Assembly (NCBI GenBank): GCA_042408215.1 | Contig: JAYFMW010000028.1 | Coordinates: 344,108 to 408,107, forward strand | Length of the DNA: 64,000 bases | Direction: 5' to 3' | From: Microcoleus sp. | GTDB lineage: Bacteria; Cyanobacteriota; Cyanobacteriia; Cyanobacteriales; Microcoleaceae | In this document: in pieces, positions 52,909 through 62,375 of the stretch | Layout: every line of letters begins with the position of its first letter | Position numbering within the stretch: position 1 is the stretch's first letter | The notes under the pieces: model-generated | Databases searched by the model: none | Told to the model about the DNA's origin: nothing | Seen by the model: only the letters and a program-made list of their open reading frames with translations | Program-made: the position numbers and the translations under genes

Positions 52909-54012
52909 TTAAAATGGCATCAGCTTTTTAATCGCGCGGTTAGCGATATCGGCATAACGCATTTCGCCACACAAAATTTTGCTCATCAACTGAGTAGCGA
53001 TCGGCAATTTGATGCCAGCTTTGTAAGCAGCTCCAGTAAATTGATAGAATGCCGCAGCCAAGCGACTGGCCCAAACCATATCAGTTCCCCATTCTTCGCT
53101 GATAGTTTGAGTGTACTGCTCTAGAGCGTCGTCGGCACCGGAGAGAGCTCGATCGATCGCCTCAGCCGCCTTAAATCCGCTAAAAATGGCTGGTCGAATA
53201 CCCTCACCGGAGAGGGGATCTGTCAGACTGGCGGCTTCTCCTACTAGCAGTGCATTTTGAGAGTGCAATTTGCGATCGCCATCCCAGAGACTCATCGGAT
53301 GTTCGCGCACATTACTGACGCTAACATCTGCACCGCACTTAGTCGCGTAGTCAGCCAAAATATTCTTCAAATCTTTTGGTCGATCGCCGCGCATTGCTGC
53401 TATGCTCAAAGAGTATCCGTCTGCTTTGGGAAAGCTCCAGATAAAACCTTTTTTAATAGTGCCAAAATCGAAATAGAGGGAATCGCCTTTGATCGAGTTT
53501 GTTTCCAAACTGGCGCTCAAATAGAGTTTTGGTTCTTTCAATCCCAGCCACTTAGTCATCGGGCCGCCTGCACCGTCAGCAGCAATTAAATAGCGAGCCG
53601 AAACAGGTTCCGAGTTAGTTTTAACTTCCCAAACAAAATTTTTAAACTCTATGCCTGTAACTTCAGTAGAGTCTCGAATTTCAGCACCATTCTTTTGAGC
53701 TTGTCTTATTAAAAAGTCGTCAAATACATCGCGCTGCACCATCCACATTGACGAATCTATCTGAACTTCCACCCGATCTTCCATTTTCCAGGTATAGCTA
53801 ATTTTATTAGCTTTCATAGAAATGGCTGGTGTGAGGTCAAAATCTAGCCATTGGGCGATCGCGGGAGAAACGCCCCCGCCGCAGGGTTTATTACGAGGAA
53901 GAGCCGCTTTTTCCAGTACCAAAACAGAACGTCCCTGCTTGGCTAAGTGATAAGCTGCTGTGCTGCCTGCTGGGCCTGCACCGACGATTATGCAATCAAA
54001 CATTTTAGTCAT
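52909..54012 (-). CDS. Geranylgeranyl reductase family FAD oxidoreductase
   Basis: VGAGPAG, KPCGGG, AADGA, LVGEAA...GEGI. Confidence 0.9.
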   Translation of the reverse strand: MTKMFDCIIVGAGPAGSTAAYHLAKQGRSVLVLEKAALPRNKPCGGGVSPAIAQWLDFDLTPAISMKANKISYTWKMEDRVEVQIDSSMWMVQRDVFDDFLIRQAQKNGAEIRDSTEVTGIEFKNFVWEVKTNSEPVSARYLIAADGAGGPMTKWLGLKEPKLYLSASLETNSIKGDSLYFDFGTIKKGFIWSFPKADGYSLSIAAMRGDRPKDLKNILADYATKCGADVSVSNVREHPMSLWDGDRKLHSQNALLVGEAASLTDPLSGEGIRPAIFSGFKAAEAIDRALSGADDALEQYTQTISEEWGTDMVWASRLAAAFYQFTGAAYKAGIKLPIATQLMSKILCGEMRYADIANRAIKKLMPF

Positions 54013-54021
54013 TTGTGATTA

Positions 54022-54213
54022 ATCATTAGTCAGTGGTCATTAGTCATTAGTCACTGGTCATTAGTTGTGGGTTATTAGTTATTAGTTATTAGTTATTAGT
54101 TATTTGCGATTGCTCCTTCGATTTGAGTTAGTAGTTGCTAATTCCCAACTACCAACTACTAACTACTAACTAATGACTGCTGACTAATGACTGCTGACTA
54201 ATGACTAATGACT
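54022..54213. repeat. STRR arrays
   Basis: CATTAGT, GTTATTA, TGACTAA/TGACTGC units. Confidence 0.88.
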
Positions 54214-54214
54214 C

Positions 54215-54763
54215 TTAAACTTTCGCGATGTCTTTTTCTTTGGCTGCCAGAACTTCTTCTATTTTAGCAATATACTTGTCTGTCAGCTTTTGAATTTTAT
54301 CTTGCAAGTCCCGCGATTCATCTTTCGAGATATCGCTGCTTTTTTCTTGCTTGCGAATCGCGTCTACGGCATCGCGGCGATTATTGCGAATTGCAACTTT
54401 GCCTTCTTCGGCATACTTGGCTGCCATTTTGATAAACTCTTGGCGTCTATCGCTTGTCAGCGGCGGAATATTCAAGCGAATAACTGAACCGTCGTTGTTG
54501 GGTACGAGTCCCACATCCGACAGGGAAATTGCTTTTTCAATCAAGGCGAGTGCTTTGCGATCGAATGGTTGAATCGCCAGCGTAGTTGCATCTGGTGTGC
54601 CGATACTCGCCAGGGATTTAATCGGAGTTGGAGCTCCGTAGTAATCCACCATTACCCGATCGAGGAGGGATGCGTTGGCCCGTCCTGTCCTAATAGTATT
54701 AAAAGACCGTTGAGTAGCCTCAACTGCCTTTTGCATATGCTCTTCTACTTCAGCTAACTTCAC
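54215..54763 (-). CDS. frr: Ribosome recycling factor
   Basis: [34 protein letters not shown] start overlapping the pyrH end. Confidence 0.98.
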   Translation of the reverse strand: MKLAEVEEHMQKAVEATQRSFNTIRTGRANASLLDRVMVDYYGAPTPIKSLASIGTPDATTLAIQPFDRKALALIEKAISLSDVGLVPNNDGSVIRLNIPPLTSDRRQEFIKMAAKYAEEGKVAIRNNRRDAVDAIRKQEKSSDISKDESRDLQDKIQKLTDKYIAKIEEVLAAKEKDIAKV

Positions 54764-55478
54764 ACAAACCTCCCACAAGAGTTCCAATAGATTCTCCCAT
54801 TACGGCTCGGTAGATGTTTCCCGAAACCGTCAGGTCAAACACCACAATAGGAATATTATTTTCTTTGCACAGGGCGATCGCCGTACTATCCATCACTCGC
54901 AAGTCTTGATTCAAGACGTGTCCATAAGTGAGGGTGTTATACCTGCGTGCGTCCGGGTTGAGGTGGGGGTCGGAATCGTAGACCCCATCTACCTTAGTCG
55001 CTTTAAAAATCACCTCTGCATCAATTTCAGCCGCCCGCAGAGCCGCTGTAGTATCAGTAGTAAAAAAGGGATTACCAGAGCCAGCACCAAAAATAACCAC
55101 CCGTTTTTTTTCCAGGTGGCGAATAGCCCGCCGCCGGATGTAAGGTTCAGCTATTTCTTGCATGGCGATCGCCGATTGTACTCTTGTCGGTACTCCTGCT
55201 TGTTCCAGGGCATCCTGCAAAGTTATAGCATTCATGACTGTAGCAATCATGCCCACATAGTCTGCCGTTGCCCGATCCATACCAGCCGATGCAGCCTTCA
55301 CCCCGCGAAAAATGTTGCCACCGCCAACAACGATCGCGATTTGAATGCCTTTTGACACCACCTGGGCGACTTCCTGGGCGATCGACTGAACGACTACCGG
55401 ATCGATGCCGTAGCCCAATCCGCCCATCAGCGCTTCACCGCTGAGCTTCAGCAAAACCCGCTGATAAACCATCCCCAT
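54750..55478 (-). CDS. pyrH: Uridylate kinase
   Basis: [32 protein letters not shown]. Confidence 0.99.
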   Translation of the reverse strand: MGMVYQRVLLKLSGEALMGGLGYGIDPVVVQSIAQEVAQVVSKGIQIAIVVGGGNIFRGVKAASAGMDRATADYVGMIATVMNAITLQDALEQAGVPTRVQSAIAMQEIAEPYIRRRAIRHLEKKRVVIFGAGSGNPFFTTDTTAALRAAEIDAEVIFKATKVDGVYDSDPHLNPDARRYNTLTYGHVLNQDLRVMDSTAIALCKENNIPIVVFDLTVSGNIYRAVMGESIGTLVGGLCEVS

Positions 55479-55582
55479 GCCGCCACTATTGTTTTACTCT
55501 TTTTGTCTCCACCATAAGATAGCAGCACGGGGACCTCTTTGATAACATATTGAACATGAATTGCCCAGAACGGATAGAATCC

Positions 55583-55981
55583 TCAATCCTGGGGAACAAA
55601 ATCAAGCGCAGCAGAATTCATGCAGTAACGCTGACCGGTCGGCTTTGGGCCGTCATTGAATACGTGACCGAGATGAGCATCGCAGACAGCGCACAGTACC
55701 TCTGTCCGGCGCGAGAACAAGCTGTTATCTGCCTCGCACTTGACATTTTCTGCTTGAATCGGAGCATAAAAACTCGGCCAACCAGTACCCGAATCGTACT
55801 TAGTTTCTGATTCAAATAGCTCCGTGCCACAGCAAACGCACTTGTAAATCCCTGGCTTTTTGTTGTCGTGATACTCACCGCTAAAAGCTCTTTCCGTTCC
55901 CTTTTTTCTGGTGACGTGGAACTGTTCCGGTGTGAGCTGCTTTTTCCACTCAGATTCAGGTTTTTGAACTTTGTTAGTCAT
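55583..55981 (-). CDS. msrB: Methionine-R-sulfoxide reductase
   Basis: [30 protein letters not shown]. Confidence 0.98.
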   Translation of the reverse strand: MTNKVQKPESEWKKQLTPEQFHVTRKKGTERAFSGEYHDNKKPGIYKCVCCGTELFESETKYDSGTGWPSFYAPIQAENVKCEADNSLFSRRTEVLCAVCDAHLGHVFNDGPKPTGQRYCMNSAALDFVPQD

Positions 55982-55990
55982 GGTTTAATG

Positions 55991-56204
55991 TTGTTAGCTG
56001 TTGACTGTTAGCTGTTAGCTGTTAGCTGTTGACTGTTAGCTGTTGACTGTTAGCTGTTGACTGTTAGCTGTTAGCTGTGAGCTGTTGAGCTGTTAGCTGT
56101 TGACTGTTAGCTGTGAGCTGTTGACTGTTAGCTGTGAGCTGTTGACTGTTAGCTGTTAGCTGTTAGCCGTTAGCTGTTGACTGTTAGCTGTTGACTGTTA
56201 GCTG
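55991..56204. repeat. STRR array GCTGTTA/GCTGTTG/ACTGTTA
   Basis: About 30 tandem heptamers. Confidence 0.95.
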
Positions 56205-56220
56205 TATATAGCTAGTCAAC

Positions 56221-58041
56221 TCATGCCTCCATTAATATTAACCTAATTGGGTCCAAATGAACATACCAGGGAAAAGGATGATCTTTAATAGCTCTCCACT
56301 TTTCCTTGAAAACTTCAGCTTGTAAGTGATAATCTTGGGAATTATGGGGAGGGGAGTGCAATTTGAGGTATAATGTCACCCGGTGCGGAGTTTCCACAGT
56401 CGAGGCGATCCAACAAGGAAAAGTATTCTCGCGATCGCACTCCCTAACAAAACTAATTTGATGAGCCCGAATTCCCACAGAAGCTAAAGATGCGGGAAGG
56501 GGTTCAACGACAGCTAGCGAACAGCCCCAGTCGATGGCCTCTACCACAGTTTCAGAAATCCGTTTCGCTGGTGAAAAGTTCTTGCAGCCTGTAAGCTGAG
56601 CAACAGTGAAATTGCGAGGTCGATCGAAAATGTTTTCTTTAGTATCAAAAGCGATCGCCCTTCCCTCGGCTAATACCAACAGATTTTTACACACCCGATA
56701 AACTTCCTCTAAATTGTGGCTGACAAACAGAGTAATTCCTCGATAATTAGCAAGAGTTAGCATTAACTCCCGCTCCAGTTGACTCCGCAAATGGGTGTCC
56801 AAAGCAGAAAACGGTTCATCTAACAGCAGCAATTCAGGAGAGCTAGCTATGGCTCTAGCTAAAGCCACCCGCTGCTGTTGGCCTCCCGAAAGTTCGTGAG
56901 GATAGCGGTTTTCCATTCCCGACATTTGCACCGCCAGCAATTGTTCTTTGACTCTAATTAGTCGCTCGCTTGCAGATAAATGCTCCAAGCCAAAGGCAAT
57001 ATTTTGAGCAACATTCAGGTGAGGAAATAAGGCGTAATTTTGAAACAAAAAACCGATGTGGCGCTCTTTTGACGGTACATTAATCCCCCGTTCAGAGTCA
57101 AATAAAACTCTGCCGTTGACTGCAATTTTACCACTGTTTGGAGTTTCCAAGCCGGCGATGCAGCGCAGAGTCATGCTTTTTCCAGAACCAGAGGCTCCCA
57201 AAATTCCGAGCACTTCCGAGCCGATCTCGAAGCCGACATTTAAGGCCAAGCCAGAGAGAGGTTTGAAGATGTTTAAAAATAGTCCGCTTTCGGGATTTTG
57301 TGTCGGTAGTTTTGCGGAGATAGAATCGGGGGAATGTATAATATTTAATTTTAGCCGATCGCCCTGACTCTGTTTTAGCGATCGCCTCAAAAAATCCGTC
57401 CAATAATGAACAGCAGTCAACACACCCAGAGAAAGACTCAGAATAATCACAACCCAAATAGAAGCTTGGCTCATATCCCCAGATTCCACAGCAAAATAAA
57501 TTGCCATTGGGATAGTCTGAGTTTGTCCAGGAATATTCCCCGCTAACATCAGCGTCGCGCCAAATTCTCCCAAAGCGCGAGCAAAAGCGAGAATACTTCC
57601 TGCTAAAATTCCCGGCCATGCTAGCGGCAACATAATCCGCAAAAAAACCCTCCATTCCGAGGCTCCCAGAGTGCGAGCTGCATTGAGAAGATTAGCATCA
57701 ATTTGTTCAAAAGCTCCCAAAGCAGTTTTGTACATCAGGGGAAATGATACTACTGTTGCTGTAATTACCGTAGCTTGCCAAGTAAAAATAACATTGAATC
57801 CGAATTGTAGCAAAAATTGACCAATCGGCCCATTTCTACCAAACAGCATCAGCAGTAAAAATCCCACTACAGTCGGCGGCAAAACTAAAGGAGAAATGAA
57901 AATTCCTTCAATCAAAGCTTTACCTTGGATGCGAGTTGAAAGCATCCACCGAGCGGCGGCTATTCCGAGAAAGAAGGTAAAAAATGTGGCGATGGCTGAT
58001 GATTTCAGAGATATCCATAATGGAGATAAGTCAAATTCCAT
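56221..58041 (-). CDS. modBC: Molybdate ABC transporter permease-ATPase fusion
   Basis: PLVLPPTVVG, FARALGEFGAT permease; GASGSGKS, LSGGQQQR, LLLDEP ATPase. Confidence 0.95.
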   Translation of the reverse strand: MEFDLSPLWISLKSSAIATFFTFFLGIAAARWMLSTRIQGKALIEGIFISPLVLPPTVVGFLLLMLFGRNGPIGQFLLQFGFNVIFTWQATVITATVVSFPLMYKTALGAFEQIDANLLNAARTLGASEWRVFLRIMLPLAWPGILAGSILAFARALGEFGATLMLAGNIPGQTQTIPMAIYFAVESGDMSQASIWVVIILSLSLGVLTAVHYWTDFLRRSLKQSQGDRLKLNIIHSPDSISAKLPTQNPESGLFLNIFKPLSGLALNVGFEIGSEVLGILGASGSGKSMTLRCIAGLETPNSGKIAVNGRVLFDSERGINVPSKERHIGFLFQNYALFPHLNVAQNIAFGLEHLSASERLIRVKEQLLAVQMSGMENRYPHELSGGQQQRVALARAIASSPELLLLDEPFSALDTHLRSQLERELMLTLANYRGITLFVSHNLEEVYRVCKNLLVLAEGRAIAFDTKENIFDRPRNFTVAQLTGCKNFSPAKRISETVVEAIDWGCSLAVVEPLPASLASVGIRAHQISFVRECDRENTFPCWIASTVETPHRVTLYLKLHSPPHNSQDYHLQAEVFKEKWRAIKDHPFPWYVHLDPIRLILMEA

Positions 58042-58135
58042 ATTTTTGTATGGTGCGTCGCTGTGAAATTTAGGATCTTATTTGAAGATAGTTGATGGCG
58101 ACGCACCCTACGATATCTACCAAATTTGGTTGTAT

Positions 58136-58258
58136 CTGAAATCTTGCACCATTCTCAATAAGCTCTTTATGAACAGGCAAGATGCCTGTTCCACAAGAAA
58201 ATTCATCTTTTGTGGAACAGGCATCTTGCCTGTTCTTGAGAATGGTGCAAGATGTGAA
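58136..58258. mobile_element. MITE, same family as 2945-3068
   Basis: CTGAAATCTTGCACC...GGTGCAAGATGTGAA; 6-bp duplication TTGTAT. Confidence 0.85.
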
Positions 58259-58272
58259 TTGTATGAGACTAA

Positions 58273-59080
58273 TTATCGAGCTGTACCAAATCCGTATTTC
58301 TGAAATACTATTTTAGCGCGATCGCCTGCCAAAAACTCAACAAACATCTTTAGCAGCAGCAGGATTGCGACTGCTTTTCATAACTGCGAGCGGATAAACT
58401 ATTGGCGAGTGCCAATTTTCCGCAGCCGTTGCGCGTACCGCGACTTTTGGCGATGATTTGGCATCTGTGGTGTAGACTATACCAGCATCCGCATTGCCGC
58501 TTTCGACAAAAGTCAGCACCGCGCGAACATTGTTTCCTAATACTAATTTCGGTTGAATTTGCTGCCACAATCCTATTGTAGTCAGCATTTCCTGAGCATA
58601 TTGTCCCACAGGTACGCTCTTGGGTTCGCCGATCGCAATTTTCTGGATTCTGGCATCTGTCAACTGTTTAAAATCACTCAAAACTACGCCGTTTTTGGGA
58701 GTAATTAAAACCAAGCGATTTGTCAACAAATTGCGGCGCGTGTCGTTAATTAGCAGGTTCGATTGCTGCAAAATATCCATTGGTTTAGTAGAGGCGCTGA
58801 AAAATACATCTACCGGAGCTCCCTGCTGAATCTGTTGTGCGATCGCACCGGAAGCACCAAAATTATAAGTAATAATAACCTTGGGATTTCCTTGCTGATA
58901 AACTATTTTGAGTTCTTGTAAAGCTGGTGAGAGACTGATAGCGGCGGATACTGTTAATGAGGTTGGCTGCTGGGCTGTTGCTGGGTAAACCCTCTGAAAT
59001 AAGTTCCAAGTAATCAGCAGTGACAGCGCCGCGAGCGCTGTGACAATCAAGTTGAAAATGCGTGTATTTTTTAAGTTCAT
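58273..59080 (-). CDS. modA: Molybdate-binding protein, +1 frameshift near 58346
   Basis: SAAISL, FGASG, VPVGQYA, GIVYTTDA; expected tail FVEFLAGDRAKIVFQKYGFGTAR* lies in the next frame. Confidence 0.93.
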
Positions 59081-59301
59081 AATAGTTTTGAATCTTTAAT
59101 TTTGAGTTATTTCAAAACCACTATAAAACCATCTGATTCTCTTTCTTTCTTCTCTTTCTTTCTTCGCGCCCTTCGCGTCTTCGCGGTTCGTTAACAGGAC
59201 TTAGGCACTAATTATAGCGATTGTAGTAGTAAGGTGCGCACTGCGCACCCTACTAATGACTACTGACTAATGACTACTGACTACTGACTGATGACTACTG
59301 A

Positions 59302-59859
59302 CTATTCTCGCCACTTGATAGAACAGCCGATCGATTCGATAGTGGTGGGTTCTACGGGTTCGTTGTTCAGCAATTGGGCGATCGCACTTCGCAGATAAGA
59401 CACCTGTACAGCGCCTGCATCATCAGCATTATCGTCAATCAAACCTTTGTAACGCAATTTGCCATCTTGGTCTAGCAAAAAAACCTCCGGCGTTTTAGAA
59501 GCCCCAAAACTTTCAGCCACATCTTGAGCCACATCTCGGATGTAGGGGAAATTTAGTTGATTGTTAGCCGCAAAACTTTTCATATTCTCAAAACTATCAT
59601 CAGGATATTGAGTTGCGTCATTAGCATTAATCCCGATTAAAGTAACACCTCGATCTTGAAACTCTGCTTGAATTTCTTTAATGCGATTTAGATACAACTG
59701 CACGTAAGGACAGTGATTGCACATAAATATCACCCCGATCGCCCGAAACTTTTCTAAATATCGAGCTAAATGGTGAACTTCTTCGTCAACTCCCGGCAGT
59801 TCAAAATCGGGAGCGTAGCTATTAATCGGAGTACCCATTGTTGACCTTAGTAAACTCAT
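59302..59859 (-). CDS. AhpC/TSA-like thioredoxin family protein
   Basis: APDFELP, MCNHCPYV, TPEVFL, GCSIKW. Confidence 0.93.
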   Translation of the reverse strand: MSLLRSTMGTPINSYAPDFELPGVDEEVHHLARYLEKFRAIGVIFMCNHCPYVQLYLNRIKEIQAEFQDRGVTLIGINANDATQYPDDSFENMKSFAANNQLNFPYIRDVAQDVAESFGASKTPEVFLLDQDGKLRYKGLIDDNADDAGAVQVSYLRSAIAQLLNNEPVEPTTIESIGCSIKWRE

Positions 59860-59954
59860 TTTTTCAGGATGTGATATCTATTCCGGTTGCGACCGTCTGT
59901 TAACTGTTAACTGTTAACTGTTAACTGTATTTACCTGAGAAAGGCTATACCAGT

Positions 59955-60884
59955 TTATCCCTCGTCTTGCTTTAGCCAACCTTGAGCTAGAGCTTGATAT
60001 CCAATCATTTTGTATGTTAATTTGGCGGCGGTAAATTCTGACACTACAGAATCTACAACAGGTGCTAATTCCATAATGTCACAGCCGATTACTTCGTAGG
60101 ACTCGAAGACACGGCGCAAAAATCCAGTGAGGGAATACCAATTTAACCCGCCCGGTTCTGGAGTGCCAACCCCTGGAATTAAAGTCGGATCGATGCCATC
60201 TAAGTCTATAGTCAAAAATACCCGCTTAGTTGTGATGCTGGCAATTGCCCGATCGGCCCAATCCGGTTGAGTAGCGATTTCCCGAGCTCGAATCACATTT
60301 AGCTGTTTGGCTTTAATCAAGTCAGCTTCTTCCTTGCAAATGGCGCGAATGCCGATTTGCAATGTGGGTAAGCCCATATCGACAACGCGCCGCATCACAC
60401 AGGCGTGGTTGTGAATGGAGCCTTCGTACTCGTGCCGCAAGTCGCCGTGGGCGTCAATTTGCACGACTGTGAAAGGTTCGTCTGGGTATGCTTGGCGATA
60501 ACCTTCGACAACGCCGGCGGTGATGCTGTGTTCGCCTCCGAGGGAGATCACAAATTTATTTTCTGTAACTAAATGATACACTGCGGCTTGCGTAACTCTC
60601 AGCATTTCTAGGGATGAAACTGCTTGGCTGTTGCGGGTATCTGCGATCGGCTCTTTTGTATAAATTCCGACATCGTAGCAAACCTCGGAATCGAGTTCTT
60701 CGTCGTAGCATTCCAGTTGATGAGAAGCTTCTAGAAGTTTCGCGGGCCCGTTTTCGCATCCCCGGCGGTAGGTGGTGGTAGCTTCGTAGGGAATTGGCAA
60801 AATAACTACTTTGGCGGTTTCGTAGTCGGGTACAATTTCTGATCCTAGAAACGGTACGACAGCAGTGGAAACGAGGGTTGGCAT
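59955..60884 (-). CDS. speB: Agmatinase (ureohydrolase family)
   Basis: GGEHS, DAHGD, DLDGIDP, GTPEPGG. Confidence 0.92.
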   Translation of the reverse strand: MPTLVSTAVVPFLGSEIVPDYETAKVVILPIPYEATTTYRRGCENGPAKLLEASHQLECYDEELDSEVCYDVGIYTKEPIADTRNSQAVSSLEMLRVTQAAVYHLVTENKFVISLGGEHSITAGVVEGYRQAYPDEPFTVVQIDAHGDLRHEYEGSIHNHACVMRRVVDMGLPTLQIGIRAICKEEADLIKAKQLNVIRAREIATQPDWADRAIASITTKRVFLTIDLDGIDPTLIPGVGTPEPGGLNWYSLTGFLRRVFESYEVIGCDIMELAPVVDSVVSEFTAAKLTYKMIGYQALAQGWLKQDEG

Positions 60885-61104
60885 AGTGGAAATTTCAATA
60901 AGGCAAAAAATTCGGCATCTTTAATGGTGGCATAATATGCGCTCGTGCTGCAAAGGAAGTTCGGCAACGGATTGTGTAACGGATGTAACGGATGTCAAGG
61001 ATACAAGGAAGAGGGAAGAAGGAAGAGGATTTAACTGTTACCTCGAATTGCGATACGTTTTGTAGTAAGGACTTTAGTCCTTTGCACCCTTAAATAATTA
61101 CCTT

Positions 61105-62019
61105 ATGGCATCTTCTCTTCCCACTTTGTCAACAGTTGTTGCACCTCAAACTTGGCTCTGGAAAGGCTTTCCGATTTGTTACCAGACTGCTGGAACCCAG
61201 GGGCCTGCGGTGGTGTTTGTCCACGGTTTCGGCGCTTCTTGGGGCCATTGGCGCAAAAATTTGCCGGCATTGGCTGCTGATTGTCGCTGTTATGCGATCG
61301 ATCTTATCGGTTTTGGCGGTTCTGCTAAACCTGCGCCGAAACTGGAAATTGACTATACTTTTGAAACTTGGGCTCAGCTAATTGCTGATTTTTGTCGGGA
61401 AGTTGCGGGTGGGCCTGCTTTTTTGGTGGGAAATTCGATCGGCTGTGTGGCGATTATGCAAGCTGCTGTGGATTTTCCCGATGTTGCTTCTGGCGTAATT
61501 TTACTTAATTGTTCTTTGCGTTTGTTGCACGATCGCAAACGGGCCGAAATGCCTTGGTATCGCAGTTTGGGAGCGCCTATAGCACAAAAAATTTTAAATG
61601 TCAAGTGGATTAGTCAGTTATTTTTTAAACAATTGGCAACGCCAAAAACAGTGCGAAAAGTGCTTTTGCAAGCTTATCACCGTCCTGAAGCTGTCACTGA
61701 TGAACTGGTAAATATGCTGCTTGAACCTGCGAAAGATAACGGTGCTGTGGAAGTATTTGTGGCATTTATCAGTTATTCTCAAGGGCCTCTACCGGAGGAT
61801 TTGTTGCCTCGTTTGAGCTGTCCTGCTTTGATTTTGTGGGGTACGGATGACCCTTGGGAGCCGATCGCCCTTGGCCGAGAATTGGCTAACTTTCCGGCTG
61901 TTGAAAAGTTTATTCCTTTGGAGGGGGTTGGCCATTGTCCCCAGGATGAAGCGCCGGAATTGGTCAATCCTATTTTACTTGATTGGATTAAAGGGCGATC
62001 GGCATTGCCAGCAAATTAG
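61105..62019 (+). CDS. Alpha/beta fold hydrolase
   Basis: VHGFG, DLIGFG, GNSIG nucleophile elbow, GHCPQDE. Confidence 0.93.
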   Translation: MASSLPTLSTVVAPQTWLWKGFPICYQTAGTQGPAVVFVHGFGASWGHWRKNLPALAADCRCYAIDLIGFGGSAKPAPKLEIDYTFETWAQLIADFCREVAGGPAFLVGNSIGCVAIMQAAVDFPDVASGVILLNCSLRLLHDRKRAEMPWYRSLGAPIAQKILNVKWISQLFFKQLATPKTVRKVLLQAYHRPEAVTDELVNMLLEPAKDNGAVEVFVAFISYSQGPLPEDLLPRLSCPALILWGTDDPWEPIALGRELANFPAVEKFIPLEGVGHCPQDEAPELVNPILLDWIKGRSALPAN

Positions 62020-62090
62020 TATGATTGAACCGCGAAGACGCTTATGACACGAAGGAAGAAGTGGGAAGAAGAAATTAGGACACGGCACTG

Positions 62091-62291
62091 CCCATAGGTG
62101 TCAACTTAAGCCTGAAAGCCCTGAGAAATCTGGTTTTTACCTGAGTCTTGATCCCCCTAAATCCCCCTTAAGAAGGGGGACTTTGATCAGACTCCTGTCC
62201 CCCCCTTCTTAAGGGGGGTTAGGGGGGATCTGGGCCTAATCGTCAAACAACAGTCTCTGACAGGGTTTGACGTTAAGTTGACACCTATGGG
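62091..62291. mobile_element. MITE, GTGTCAACTTAA-end family, nested in a REP
   Basis: CCCATAGGTGTCAACTTAA...TTAAGTTGACACCTATGGG 19-bp TIR inside a GGACACGGCACTG...GTGTCCCTAC palindrome. Confidence 0.85.
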
Positions 62292-62375
62292 CTCCTGGAG
62301 TGTCCCTACAATATTATTTTGGGTAGGGAAACGGCACTGCCGTCTCCGAACTATATCGTGCAGCCGGAATTGATA

